63,124 bases of DNA, taken from positions 1 through 63,124 of the forward strand of contig JBDRPL010000002.1 of NCBI GenBank assembly GCA_043827025.1. Reading direction: 5' to 3'. Shown here in pieces: positions 29,359 to 39,648 of the stretch. Numbering within the stretch: the first letter of the stretch is position 1; each line of letters opens with the position of its first letter. This DNA comes from Candidatus Micrarchaeota archaeon (lineage in GTDB: Archaea > Micrarchaeota > Micrarchaeia > Anstonellales > Bilamarchaeaceae). The notes under the pieces were generated by a model. It saw only the letters and a list, made by a program, of their open reading frames with translations, searched no databases and was not told where the DNA came from. Made by a program: the position numbers and the translations under genes.

Positions 29359-29401
29359 GTAAACCCTATAAACCTAACCAACAAATAGAAAACTGATCGA
29401 T

Positions 29402-29668
29402 ATGGATTCTGACGATTATTGCCCGAAATGCAAGAAATGGAATCTGTTTGGCGAGCTTAATTCAGAAGGAATGGTCAAAAGAGAGATGGAGAAGAACGGA
29501 ATAGAAGGAAGTGCAGCTGAGCTGCTCCAAAACAACAGGAAAAAATTCAGCGAATTATACAAAGCTTACCTGGATGAGAGAAACTGGATCGAGGCAGGGT
29601 GCTTAATCGTAACGAAATGCTCGGCCTGCGGAACAAAACTGATACATAAAGAGAGGGAAAATGCTTAA
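29402..29668 (+). CDS. Small putative Zn-binding protein
   Basis: CPKC near the N-terminus and CSAC near the C-terminus. Confidence 0.6.
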   Translation: MDSDDYCPKCKKWNLFGELNSEGMVKREMEKNGIEGSAAELLQNNRKKFSELYKAYLDERNWIEAGCLIVTKCSACGTKLIHKERENA

Positions 29669-30302
29669 ATCAACAAAAACAGCTGAAAAGGCATCTTCGA
29701 AGCTTGGCTCAGTATTGAAATTCATACCGATAGACCCAAATGCAATCACATTGCTTTCAGTGATACTTGCAATAATGGCTTTGGGAATAGTGGTGCTGGA
29801 CCAAGGGTTTGAAACAATAGTCGCTTCATTCATACTTTTCATTTTCGCATTCTTCTTTGATGCTGTGGACGGTGCGGTTGCACGCGCAAAGAACCTTGTC
29901 AGCATAAAAGGAGGCTTTTATGACGGAATTGCGGACAGAGTAGTTGAATTCTGCCTTATTGCAACATTGATATTGATCTATCTTAAAATAAGCGGGGCAT
30001 ATCTGCTAAGCTATAACATGGTCCTTGTGCTTGTTTCAATTTTATTCTTCGGAACATGCATGACCTCTTTCGTAAAGGCATATTCAGAGCACCAGGGGAT
30101 TCTGAAGAACGAAGAGGCAAAGAAACTGCCAGGGTTTCTTGAAAGGGCGGAGAGAAGCGTTTTGCTGTTGCTGGCATTCCTGATGCTGATTTTAGGAAAA
30201 ATGCAATTCGCAGAGTGGGACCTATACTTAGTTGCAGCACTCTCAATCCTAACATTCCTACAAAGGTTTGTGCTTGTTGCGAACTTCAAACAGAAAAACT
30301 AG
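29661..30302 (+). CDS. CDP-alcohol phosphatidyltransferase (archaetidylinositol phosphate synthase-like)
   Basis: DAVDGAVAR...GGFYDGIADR signature; near ino1. Confidence 0.88.
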   Translation: MLKSTKTAEKASSKLGSVLKFIPIDPNAITLLSVILAIMALGIVVLDQGFETIVASFILFIFAFFFDAVDGAVARAKNLVSIKGGFYDGIADRVVEFCLIATLILIYLKISGAYLLSYNMVLVLVSILFFGTCMTSFVKAYSEHQGILKNEEAKKLPGFLERAERSVLLLLAFLMLILGKMQFAEWDLYLVAALSILTFLQRFVLVANFKQKN

Positions 30303-30306
30303 ATTA

Positions 30307-31743
30307 TTATTTTTTAGCCAAGTTCTCCAAACAATCGACAACTAACCTCACTCCAATGCCTGTTGCTCCCTTGTCAAGATAAGGATGTGAAGAGGTAACG
30401 TGGTCAACACCTGCAATGTCAAGATGCACCCATTTGGTCTCTCCAACAAATTCTTTTAGGAAACAGGCAGCTGTGATTGTGCTTCCCTCTCCGCTTTCAG
30501 AGCCTATGTTCCGGACGTCTCCAAGATCCCCTTTTATCATCTCACTGTACTCTTTATCAAGCGGAAGCCTCCATACCTTTTCATAGGTTCTTTCACCTGA
30601 ATCATAGACGATTTTGGCTATGCGATCATCATTGGAAAACATGCCGATCCTTACTCTGCCAAGTGCCACAATGCATGCACCAGTAAGCGTTGCCAGGTCA
30701 ATCATTAAACTTGGTTTCTTTTCTGCAGCATAGGTCAAAGTATCGGCCAATATCAAACGGCCTTCTGCATCCGTATTCAAAACTTCAATCGTCTTCCCTA
30801 AATAAGAGGTAACAATATCCCCAGGCTTCTGAGCTGAACCAGATGGCATATTTTCAGTCACTGTAAATGTGCTCATCAGTCTGAATGGCAGTTTTAACTC
30901 AGCAACAGCTTTCATAACTCCAAGTGAAACCATTGCCCCAGTCTTGTCATATTTCATAGAATCCATTCCCTTAGAAGGCTTTATGGAAATGCCTCCGCTG
31001 TCAAAGGTAATTCCCTTTCCAACAACTGCATAAAGCGGAAGGTTCCGTTTATCTGCATTATATGTCAATGTAACAAGATAAGCTCCTTTGACACTTCCCT
31101 GATTGACTCCAAGGATGGCATTCATCTTCTTCTTTGCCAATTTATCCTTGTCAAGAACTTCTATGTCCAACCTGTATTGCTTTGCTAAATCCTTTGCATA
31201 CTCAACTACTTTTTCAGGAGTTGCTATGTTTGCCGGATTCTCATTCATGTCCCTTACATAATTCTGGGCAGATGCAAGAATGAAGCCTTTTTCGATTTCT
31301 GCTTTGGCATTTCCGCTACTGACAACATATGCACGCTCAAGAGGAACATAATCTTCGACCTTGCTCTTGAACTTGATGCATTTGTATGAAGCCAAAACAA
31401 GGCCTTCTGTGACTGACTGGGCCCATTCTTTTTTGCATGCGACATTTACGTCTTTTGATTTCAATGACAGTGCATACCTTACGGCAGCCCCTGCCATTTC
31501 TCTTGCAAAATCCAGTTGGAATTCCTTTTCAGGACCAAGGCCATAAAGAAGAACTTTTCTAAAGCCGAATTTGTCATTCATGATTGCAGTCTTGCCAAGT
31601 TTACCATCAAACTCATCCTTGCTTAAACCTGCAAATCGAATCGGCTTATCATCATAAACAGAAACAACCTGTTTTCCATCATCAAAAAAAGGCAAAACTA
31701 AAATTCCTTTGGCTTCCTGAAGATTCTTTTGAGAAACAATCAT
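30307..31743 (-). CDS. pepA: Leucyl aminopeptidase (M17)
   Basis: GKGITFDSGG, NTDAEGRL and HLDIAG motifs. Confidence 0.95.
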   Translation of the reverse strand: MIVSQKNLQEAKGILVLPFFDDGKQVVSVYDDKPIRFAGLSKDEFDGKLGKTAIMNDKFGFRKVLLYGLGPEKEFQLDFAREMAGAAVRYALSLKSKDVNVACKKEWAQSVTEGLVLASYKCIKFKSKVEDYVPLERAYVVSSGNAKAEIEKGFILASAQNYVRDMNENPANIATPEKVVEYAKDLAKQYRLDIEVLDKDKLAKKKMNAILGVNQGSVKGAYLVTLTYNADKRNLPLYAVVGKGITFDSGGISIKPSKGMDSMKYDKTGAMVSLGVMKAVAELKLPFRLMSTFTVTENMPSGSAQKPGDIVTSYLGKTIEVLNTDAEGRLILADTLTYAAEKKPSLMIDLATLTGACIVALGRVRIGMFSNDDRIAKIVYDSGERTYEKVWRLPLDKEYSEMIKGDLGDVRNIGSESGEGSTITAACFLKEFVGETKWVHLDIAGVDHVTSSHPYLDKGATGIGVRLVVDCLENLAKK

Positions 31744-31821
31744 TTGATATCACCTGATTATTTTGTAACAAGACAGTTAATGTTAGTAAATATTTAAACC
31801 TTCCATGACGTAATATACCCT

Positions 31822-32787
31822 ATGGCAAGAAGAGCAATGCCAGCATCTTCACCAAAAGAACAGTTCTACTCAAAACAAAGATTCAAAACCTCCACTGGAC
31901 CTGAGCTTGAATATATTCATTTTGATAGAGGAAAACCTCAAACACTGATTTTCGTAAATGGATGGATGCTTAGGCTTTCCTGCTGGAGAGCGCAGATGCG
32001 AAACAGAGACGGACAAGGAAGATTTTCTGAATATAACTTGCTTTTTACTAATAATCGAGGTCATGGAACAGTTCGGTTAGGTTCCAGCACCCCACGAACA
32101 TACCTAACGAATTGCGCAAATGATCTTGGCGAGCTTCTAATACATATCGACGCACGCAAAATCAACCTTATAGCTCATAGCATGGGTGGAATCATAGCCA
32201 CAGAATTCTATGCAGCTCATTCAGATAGATTCGATATTCAATCAATAATGTTTGTAAATTCAGCTGTGGGCAATCCTATGCAAACGTTTGTGGGTTCGCC
32301 GATAATTACTCCAATATTAAGAGCAACAGAAGGTAATGGTGGCGGAGAAATTGTAATGAAAACTCTAGAAAATGTTCTTGCCAGACTCACAAGCCCAATT
32401 TTACTTAGAATTCTTTATACCCATTTTAGGCTCACAACTGGAAGTGAAGTTTCATATGACCTATTTAGAAAATTCCTAAAAACTGTAGTGGAAACTGATC
32501 CAAAAACAGCAAATCTGGCATTACGGGCATTGGTTCTCATGGGCAGTGAAATAGGAGAAAAGATGGCGCAGATAACCTGTCCAGTACTTGCAATAACTGG
32601 AAAGATGGATTTCCTTGTATCTCCAGGCTCTATTCAAATATTAAGGGCAAGAATCCCACACGCTACAATTGAAATTCTTAGAAAATCAACACATTTCCCT
32701 CAGGCAGAAAGGCCATTACTATTCAATTCCCTTCTACATACATTCCTTAGTGGAGAGGAAATGAACCACTTTGAATTGCCGCAGTAG
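31822..32787 (+). CDS. Alpha/beta hydrolase
   Basis: RGHG, AHSMGG nucleophile elbow, GKMD and THFP triad. Confidence 0.85.
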   Translation: MARRAMPASSPKEQFYSKQRFKTSTGPELEYIHFDRGKPQTLIFVNGWMLRLSCWRAQMRNRDGQGRFSEYNLLFTNNRGHGTVRLGSSTPRTYLTNCANDLGELLIHIDARKINLIAHSMGGIIATEFYAAHSDRFDIQSIMFVNSAVGNPMQTFVGSPIITPILRATEGNGGGEIVMKTLENVLARLTSPILLRILYTHFRLTTGSEVSYDLFRKFLKTVVETDPKTANLALRALVLMGSEIGEKMAQITCPVLAITGKMDFLVSPGSIQILRARIPHATIEILRKSTHFPQAERPLLFNSLLHTFLSGEEMNHFELPQ

Positions 32788-32822
32788 AAATCAATTTAAA
32801 ACATTGGGATTATGAGATAACT

Positions 32823-33062
32823 ATGGCAATCGAAGTAATTCATGATAAAGGAACTTGCATAGGATGCGGAGCATGTGTAGCTGTCTGTCCAAAACACTGG
32901 GAAATGGGAGATGATGGGAAATCCCACCTTAAGAGTTCAAAGGAAAAAGAGAAGAATTTTTTCCATCTTGACTTGAATGAGATGGATGGCAATCTGGAAG
33001 CAGCCCAATCCTGTCCAGTGACCTGCATTCACATAAATGAGAATGGGAATAAGAAGATTTGA
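32823..33062 (+). CDS. Ferredoxin (single cluster)
   Basis: CIGCGACVAVCP...CPVTCI. Confidence 0.9.
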   Translation: MAIEVIHDKGTCIGCGACVAVCPKHWEMGDDGKSHLKSSKEKEKNFFHLDLNEMDGNLEAAQSCPVTCIHINENGNKKI

Positions 33063-33064
33063 AG

Positions 33065-33715
33065 TCAACAATTACAATCTTGTTTATCTATTTCGCGGAT
33101 TATTTTCGAAGAAATACGAGTTATCTCGCCAGCAAGCGTCACCTTATATTCAGAACTCCAAACCGTGCCATAGCAGGGACACATCTCCCAGTCCTCATGG
33201 ACAATTGTAATCATGAAACTATCCCCTTCCACTCTAGCAGCTGAGGATTTCTCAAAAGGAGGACTGCCTAAACCTTCCAGCATATTAAGGCCTTCGTGAA
33301 GCTGAACGTAAACAATTGCTTCTTCATCCGATTGAATAGGAATAAAATATGGTTCAAGTTTTGAGACCTCCTCGATCTCCGTATAGTTCTTGCCATCAAA
33401 AATAATATATGTAACAAACCAGGTGCCCATGGGGTGTGCACCTATTTCAAAAAAACCATAATCATACATACCTTTTTCCATGAATGACCTAGAATCCTTT
33501 GCACAATACCATACCACTAGGTCTCCATAAGAAGTTGCATTCTTAGCCCCTCTGTCACAGCCAAACTCCATTCTAAGTTGATCATTGGTTTTTAGATTGG
33601 TGTATTTCGGAGGCTCTTTGACAATGGAGATGTTTTGGCCATTTCCATCAGGAGGTGGCGAAACGCATCCAAACAGAAGCAAAATCCCAAATATGGCAAG
33701 GATACAATGTTTCAT
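33065..33715 (-). CDS. Hypothetical lipoprotein
   Basis: LLLFGC lipobox-like signal. Confidence 0.65.
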   Translation of the reverse strand: MKHCILAIFGILLLFGCVSPPPDGNGQNISIVKEPPKYTNLKTNDQLRMEFGCDRGAKNATSYGDLVVWYCAKDSRSFMEKGMYDYGFFEIGAHPMGTWFVTYIIFDGKNYTEIEEVSKLEPYFIPIQSDEEAIVYVQLHEGLNMLEGLGSPPFEKSSAARVEGDSFMITIVHEDWEMCPCYGTVWSSEYKVTLAGEITRISSKIIREIDKQDCNC

Positions 33716-33739
33716 ACCTTTGCTTCTACAAAAAGATTA

Positions 33740-35056
33740 TTATGCTTTTGCAAGCCTCAGCATCTCTTCAACCACATTCTTTGCAAAACCATCTTGCGTC
33801 AGCACAGCAGCTGCCTTTGCATGGCCTCCACCAGATTTAATGAAATCACGCATCGTTCCCTTGACTTTCTCAATCATATCATTTGCCCTTATTCCTAATT
33901 CTGCTGCCTTATCATTCACGCGGATGACAATCGACTGTTTTCCGTATCCGATCACAACATTCGGCTTTGCTTGGTCAAGGCTCTCGAATATTTGGGTTGC
34001 AATCTTTCCCCTGCTTGGAAAATCAGAATGCTTCATTATATTCTCCAGGTCGACAACATAGAAATTGGCACCATTTATTTCTGAAGTATGCATTGTCTTC
34101 CTTGCCATTTCAGTTATATGGCCTATCTTTTCCCTTGCCTGGCCCAGCATCGAATGGAACAATTCGTCCTTGCGCATGACATTCTTGTAGAAATCAAGGT
34201 TGTTGCCAAAGCTAGCATAGCTTGACATGTAATCAAGAACCAAAGCTTTATCCCTATCTTCCTGTGAAATGAGTAGAAGATCACTCTTATCTCCTGCAAG
34301 CGAGACCTTTGCAAGGGATTCATCATCTGGCTTTTTGCTTCCCGCAAGCCTTGCTATTTCAATTGCAAGATAGCCCGCAGTATATCTTGAAAGCTCATGG
34401 CCCTTTCCTGTTGTCCAGGGGGAAACAACAAAGGCATATTTTGAAGTGTTTTCACCAAGAGGATGATGGTCTATGATAATTGTTTGGATACCTGCTGCCT
34501 TTAGAAGCTCCAATCCTTCCTTGCTTTCAGAATTGGCTCCGAAATCAAGCAGAACAACAAGTGGGGTTTGTTCCTGATAAAGAGAATTGAGATCGCGGAC
34601 TGCATCTCTTGAAGAATAAACTGCGGAATTGTGCTGGACACTGAATGTTCTTAGGAAACCAGTGAGTGCAAATGCACCTGCAACTCCGTCTGCGTCATTG
34701 TGGAATTTCAACAAGATATACCTTCCAAGCTTTTGAGAAAGGAGAAGTTCTCTTGCCGCTGTTTCCAAAGACGGTCTTAATGCCCTTGTGACTTCATCAT
34801 CCACAAGAAAATCGATTTTATTGAGAGTTGTATTTTTCCTGAGATTTTGGAGTATCATTTCCTTCTTATCTGTTTTTTCCATCTTTATTATTTGCAACCT
34901 GTCGCTATCACCTTCAACAGTTGCAGTCACATGTACGGCCTGGCCCTGCTCAAAATAATCAGCATAGTTTGCACGGTAGCCTTCTGTAAACTCATAGTAA
35001 TAGTCGTATTTTGAGGTTCTTGCCTTGGTTATAATCAAGTCTAGTGACAGTTCCAT
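33740..35056 (-). CDS. Archaeal RecJ-like DHH phosphoesterase with DHHA1 domain
   Basis: HNDADG, LLDFG, IDHH and GGGHAKAA motifs. Confidence 0.85.
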   Translation of the reverse strand: MELSLDLIITKARTSKYDYYYEFTEGYRANYADYFEQGQAVHVTATVEGDSDRLQIIKMEKTDKKEMILQNLRKNTTLNKIDFLVDDEVTRALRPSLETAARELLLSQKLGRYILLKFHNDADGVAGAFALTGFLRTFSVQHNSAVYSSRDAVRDLNSLYQEQTPLVVLLDFGANSESKEGLELLKAAGIQTIIIDHHPLGENTSKYAFVVSPWTTGKGHELSRYTAGYLAIEIARLAGSKKPDDESLAKVSLAGDKSDLLLISQEDRDKALVLDYMSSYASFGNNLDFYKNVMRKDELFHSMLGQAREKIGHITEMARKTMHTSEINGANFYVVDLENIMKHSDFPSRGKIATQIFESLDQAKPNVVIGYGKQSIVIRVNDKAAELGIRANDMIEKVKGTMRDFIKSGGGHAKAAAVLTQDGFAKNVVEEMLRLAKA

Positions 35057-35114
35057 GTGGATAAGTATGAAAAGAAAGGTTTTAGGAAGTTATTATTGGA
35101 CAGTTTATTGGCGA

Positions 35115-36569
35115 TTATTGCGAAGTCAATCCTGCATAAGCTCGGTCAAACTTTTGCAGAACATCAATCAATGCACTCATATCCTGCTTTGAAATCAGTA
35201 AAACAATCCTTGTCTGCTTTATTCCGCTATTGACACCTTCTTCTGTTAATCTAAAGGGTGCAAGAGGAGTCGTATTCGGAATTGGTAGGCCATAATCATA
35301 TGCAAACTTGGCAATCCACCAACCTAAAGGTTTATCTAAGGCAAACAAACCTCGCGGATCGTCATGGCGAATCACATAATATGGAGAAACTGTTCTTGGA
35401 TCATCGCCATAATATTCTGAAATGCCAAAACGGTTTGATGGATCTGAGACATATTGCAAGAGGATTGCTGCATTTTCCTGGACGTGCTGGATTCTTCTTG
35501 GCGCAAACTCACCATCAAAAGTAAGGTCTCTGCCTTCCATGACATCCGTCATAGTAATCCATGCGGCTACCTGAGTCATCATGTTCGCGCTTCCAAGCTC
35601 ACGTTGAGGCAGTATACTTGAAGATTCTGCAAAACGTTCTCTTTGTTCAGCATGATTATCACCACCCCAATGTACTGCAAGAAAACCAAGTCTTCTTCCA
35701 GTCAAACCCCACATCTTTGAGAACCCGTCTAACTCGATTACCAATCCAGGATACCCACAGGCTCGTGCAACTTGTATTGGGGATAAAATGTTGCCATCAG
35801 GCCTCCATCTTTCATAGGTAGTGTCAAAAAGAGTAACAGGTGCTTTGCCATCCATCTTTTCTTGAATTATAGCAAGCCGTTCTATAATTTCTTGTGCAGT
35901 TGTAATGGTACCAGTTGGATTTCCAATTGTGGTGTCTATGACTGCGCGGGTGTTTTTGTCTATTGCCCTCCTAAGCGCCTCCTTATCCCAAACCCCTCCT
36001 TTGGAAGGCACCACATGAAACTTCATCCCTCTTCTTCTAGCTTCTGCAGTAAAAAGGATGTAAAGTTCTTCTGGAACCACAATGTTGCCTTTTTCCAGCA
36101 TTAAATCAAATAAGAGTCTTGCAACACCGCTTCCCCCACTTCCTATGATAATATTATCTGGATGAATTGAAACTTCCCTAAACTTGTACCACCATTTTCC
36201 AATCGCATCCCTAAGTGGCGGAAACCCAAGAGCATCATTATACATCTCCGCAGTATGTACAAGGTTTTGAGTTAAACGAGGATCACGAATACATGATGCC
36301 AAAGGTTCAGGAAAAGTCCCTTCTAGTCCAAGTCCCCGTATGTTTATGGCGGCTTCCCATAATTTAAATCGTGGATAAGGCCTGAAATCAGGATGGCCTG
36401 CAGTATCCCCAAGACCAGATTCGAGTATCGATTTTCCCGCTTCTCGTGCTTCTTTTACCAGTCTTGCAGTAGAATGAACCCTAAGAGTGTGCACACGCAT
36501 CTTATTTATCCGGGGATCATAGAAAAATTTTTTATCCGGTTTGGTTTGTCTAGCGAGACGCCTAGTCAT
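35115..36569 (-). CDS. Divergent PLP-dependent class I/II aminotransferase
   Basis: GNPTG, FDTTY and GFSKMWGLTGRRLG motifs; GGTG SD before MTRRLARQ. Confidence 0.75.
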   Translation of the reverse strand: MTRRLARQTKPDKKFFYDPRINKMRVHTLRVHSTARLVKEAREAGKSILESGLGDTAGHPDFRPYPRFKLWEAAINIRGLGLEGTFPEPLASCIRDPRLTQNLVHTAEMYNDALGFPPLRDAIGKWWYKFREVSIHPDNIIIGSGGSGVARLLFDLMLEKGNIVVPEELYILFTAEARRRGMKFHVVPSKGGVWDKEALRRAIDKNTRAVIDTTIGNPTGTITTAQEIIERLAIIQEKMDGKAPVTLFDTTYERWRPDGNILSPIQVARACGYPGLVIELDGFSKMWGLTGRRLGFLAVHWGGDNHAEQRERFAESSSILPQRELGSANMMTQVAAWITMTDVMEGRDLTFDGEFAPRRIQHVQENAAILLQYVSDPSNRFGISEYYGDDPRTVSPYYVIRHDDPRGLFALDKPLGWWIAKFAYDYGLPIPNTTPLAPFRLTEEGVNSGIKQTRIVLLISKQDMSALIDVLQKFDRAYAGLTSQ

Positions 36570-36705
36570 GGAATTAAACACCTGTTTTTGAACTATTTCT
36601 AACCATCTCTTTTTAAACCAATTCACAACATTTTCGTACATTGACGAAGTTTTTGATTTATAAAATCTTTGAACAATATTTCAAACTGAAAATGAAGTGA
36701 TGGAT

Positions 36706-38436
36706 ATGTTAATCAGATCACCAATTGTTGCTACGCTTGGCCATGTAGATCATGGCAAAACCACTGTGCTTGACTCAATTCGAGGCTCAAAGGTAGCTGA
36801 CAAAGAAGCAGGCAAAATAACCCAAATGATTGGCGCTTCTTATATTACAAAGGAAAACATATTAGAAGTTTCAAAACACGGGAAGCTAAAATTCGATTTG
36901 AAGATACCTGGCCTCTTGTTCATTGACACGCCGGGACATGAAGCATTCACCAACCTAAGGGACAGAGGAGGTTCAATTGCAGATATTGCAATACTCGTTG
37001 TAGATGTGGCGCAGGGATTCCAACCGCAGACAATTGAGTCTCTTAAAATACTCAAGCAATACAAGACGCCTTTCATAATAGTTGCGAACAAGATCGACCT
37101 TGTGCATCATTGGAAAAGCCAAAAAGGCGAAGCATTCCTGACTTCTTTAGAGAAGCAATCAGAACTCGCAAGGCAAAACCTAGACCAAAAGATGTATGAC
37201 CTTATGGGAAAAATATCTGAATATGGATTCGATTCCGAAAGATTCGATAAAGTCACGGATTTCACAAAAACTATTGCAATTGTGCCTGTTTCAGCAAAGA
37301 ACAAAGAGGGGCTTGCAGAATTATTGATGCTCATTGCTGGACTGAGCCAGAAATTCCTTGGCGAAAAACTAACCATCGACCCGGATGGAAGGGGAAGGGC
37401 AAGCGTCATAGAAGTCAAGGAAGAAAAGGGCATGGGAACCACTGTTGATATTATTTTATATGACGGCATTATGAAGAAGAATGATGAAATAATTTATCTT
37501 ACTGCAAATGGAGTGAAAACAACCAAAGTAAGGGCACTGCTCCAACCGAATGTTGGTGGCGGAGAGAAGTTCATATATGTGGATCAGATTGTTGCTGCAG
37601 CAGGCGTCAAGATATTTGCTCCTGGACTTGAGGAAGTGATTCCCGGGTCGCCGCTTGATGTACTTCAGAATTTGGAAGAAGACAGGAAAAACCTTGAGGA
37701 AGAATTCAAGGAAGTTTTATTTGAAGGAGAAGAATCTGGAGTTATAGTGAGGGCTGAAAGCCTTGGTTCAGTTGAAGCAATGGTTGAACTCCTGAAGAAG
37801 GAGGAAATTCCAATAAAGTCAGCAGGTGTTGGCAAAGTCGTACGGAAGGATATAATGAATGCAGCGCTTGTAGCAAAAGAAAATAGATATTGCGGAGTCA
37901 TACTGGCATTCAATGTCAAGATAATGGATGATGCAAAAACAGAAGCCGAGGCAACCGGAGTTCCGATAATCTGGTCAAATGTCATCTACAAGATAATCGA
38001 AGATTATGTCCAATGGAAGAAAGATGAAACTGAAAGGGAAAAGAAAGATGCGCTTGCAGAACTTCCATGGCCTGGAAAAATAAAACTTCTGCCAGGGTGT
38101 TGTTTTCGAGTTAGCAAGCCTGCGATCTTTGGAGTTGAAGTAATCGCAGGAGTAATAAAAAACAAATACCAGCTTATGCGGGATGGGAAAATAATTGCAT
38201 CAGTCAAAGGAATGCAGCACGACAAGAAATCAGTTGATGAGGCAACAAAGAGCATGCAACTTGCAATGTCATGCGAAGAAATACATTATGGAAAGGATGT
38301 CAAGGAAAGAGATGTCTTATATGTATTCATGAACAGCGAACAGATGAAAATCTGGGACAAGCAATTAAACTTGCTTTCAGAAGAGGAGAAGCAGGTATTT
38401 CAAGAGATAAAGGATCAATTAAAAAAGCATTTCTAA
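36706..38436 (+). CDS. infB: Translation initiation factor aIF5B (IF2)
   Basis: GHVDHGKT, ITQMIGA, DTPGHEAF, NKID; archaeal length. Confidence 0.95.
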   Translation: MLIRSPIVATLGHVDHGKTTVLDSIRGSKVADKEAGKITQMIGASYITKENILEVSKHGKLKFDLKIPGLLFIDTPGHEAFTNLRDRGGSIADIAILVVDVAQGFQPQTIESLKILKQYKTPFIIVANKIDLVHHWKSQKGEAFLTSLEKQSELARQNLDQKMYDLMGKISEYGFDSERFDKVTDFTKTIAIVPVSAKNKEGLAELLMLIAGLSQKFLGEKLTIDPDGRGRASVIEVKEEKGMGTTVDIILYDGIMKKNDEIIYLTANGVKTTKVRALLQPNVGGGEKFIYVDQIVAAAGVKIFAPGLEEVIPGSPLDVLQNLEEDRKNLEEEFKEVLFEGEESGVIVRAESLGSVEAMVELLKKEEIPIKSAGVGKVVRKDIMNAALVAKENRYCGVILAFNVKIMDDAKTEAEATGVPIIWSNVIYKIIEDYVQWKKDETEREKKDALAELPWPGKIKLLPGCCFRVSKPAIFGVEVIAGVIKNKYQLMRDGKIIASVKGMQHDKKSVDEATKSMQLAMSCEEIHYGKDVKERDVLYVFMNSEQMKIWDKQLNLLSEEEKQVFQEIKDQLKKHF

Positions 38437-38734
38437 AAGCCAGCCAGGGAGACGTATTTTTGATTTTAAAAATTGCCAAAGAAGATCAATATATATTTCT
38501 CGTATTATTATTTATCGCTAATGACCACACGCAAACAGCCCCAATAGCAAAAATAATGAGTCCTGCTCCAGCCCGAGAAAAACCATTCTCCAAAAAAATA
38601 GGTTTTGGGCACGTTATAAATGTTAATGAAGTTCCAGTGTTTACCTTCTATTTTACAGATTCAGAATTCCACCTGAGAACAACCAGAAAATACCATAGAT
38701 AGCTATTTATACCTTTCTACACAAAAATACTTTT

Positions 38735-39631
38735 ATGAAAACAATTAGACCTTTACAGATAGGAGAACCACGTAGGGAATTAGGTCCAGTAAGGATTTTG
38801 CTTGGTAGGAATACAATCTCTCCAGATCATGTATATACTCAAAGAGTAAATGACCCGGAATCTAGGCTCAAAAGGCTCCATTGGGGAGATAAAACACCCT
38901 TCCTGGAAGCGAAGTATAGAAGAAGATTTGGCGCATATGCGATCAAGGTCAGAAGACTTATGGATGACCAATGTATAGAATCAGTTGCCAGGATAGTTAT
39001 GGATAACTTTAATCCAGTAAACCAAACTCCTGAAAGGACAACTGATACATTCAACTCAGAACTCCCGCATTTTTGGTTGACAGATGACGCAGGCGGAGTA
39101 CAATATCCTCTTGACGCCATAGGAAATCCAAGAAAAGTAAATGAATTCGGAAGCAGATCGTTCCAGATAACGAGCATAGAATCTGCAGTCTTATTTTCCA
39201 TAGTAGTATTACGTGAACTCAGACATCGTGCATTTTTAACAGTCGCACATTGCGGGCCGAGAATTGAAAATGAGACAATGGATGACCGGGAACTTAGAAT
39301 TGCCATAATCAATAAAAATTTGCTGCATGTCTTTGCACTAGATGGGTGCAGGAGAATGGGTGGCGCGCTAGACATACTCGGAGATGAAACTGCAGGCATT
39401 GTTCTTAGAGGTATTGATGCAAGCAGGTCTTTATCAAAAGCAACAGAAATTCAACATCCACTCTCAAGAGAATTGGCAAACCTACGCAATGGAGATATTA
39501 GTTTAGACCAGCTTATGCCAAGATTAGGTTCGGCAATCAATGAGCGCGATACTGAAGAATTGCAAGGCGAAATAGGTGCAATGGAAAAAATATTCACACA
39601 AATACGAAACCCCCTATCTATTTATTTTTAA
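38735..39631 (+). CDS. Hypothetical Arg-rich orphan protein
   Basis: 298-aa ORF with its own TATA (TTTATA); no recognised motif. Confidence 0.6.
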   Translation: MKTIRPLQIGEPRRELGPVRILLGRNTISPDHVYTQRVNDPESRLKRLHWGDKTPFLEAKYRRRFGAYAIKVRRLMDDQCIESVARIVMDNFNPVNQTPERTTDTFNSELPHFWLTDDAGGVQYPLDAIGNPRKVNEFGSRSFQITSIESAVLFSIVVLRELRHRAFLTVAHCGPRIENETMDDRELRIAIINKNLLHVFALDGCRRMGGALDILGDETAGIVLRGIDASRSLSKATEIQHPLSRELANLRNGDISLDQLMPRLGSAINERDTEELQGEIGAMEKIFTQIRNPLSIYF

Positions 39632-39648
39632 CCCAATAATATTTTTCC

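Noticed and set aside
38437..38700. Possible decayed membrane-protein gene on the minus strand, and track ORF 38271-38702
   Set aside because: Only short hydrophobic fragments in different frames; no recognisable family.
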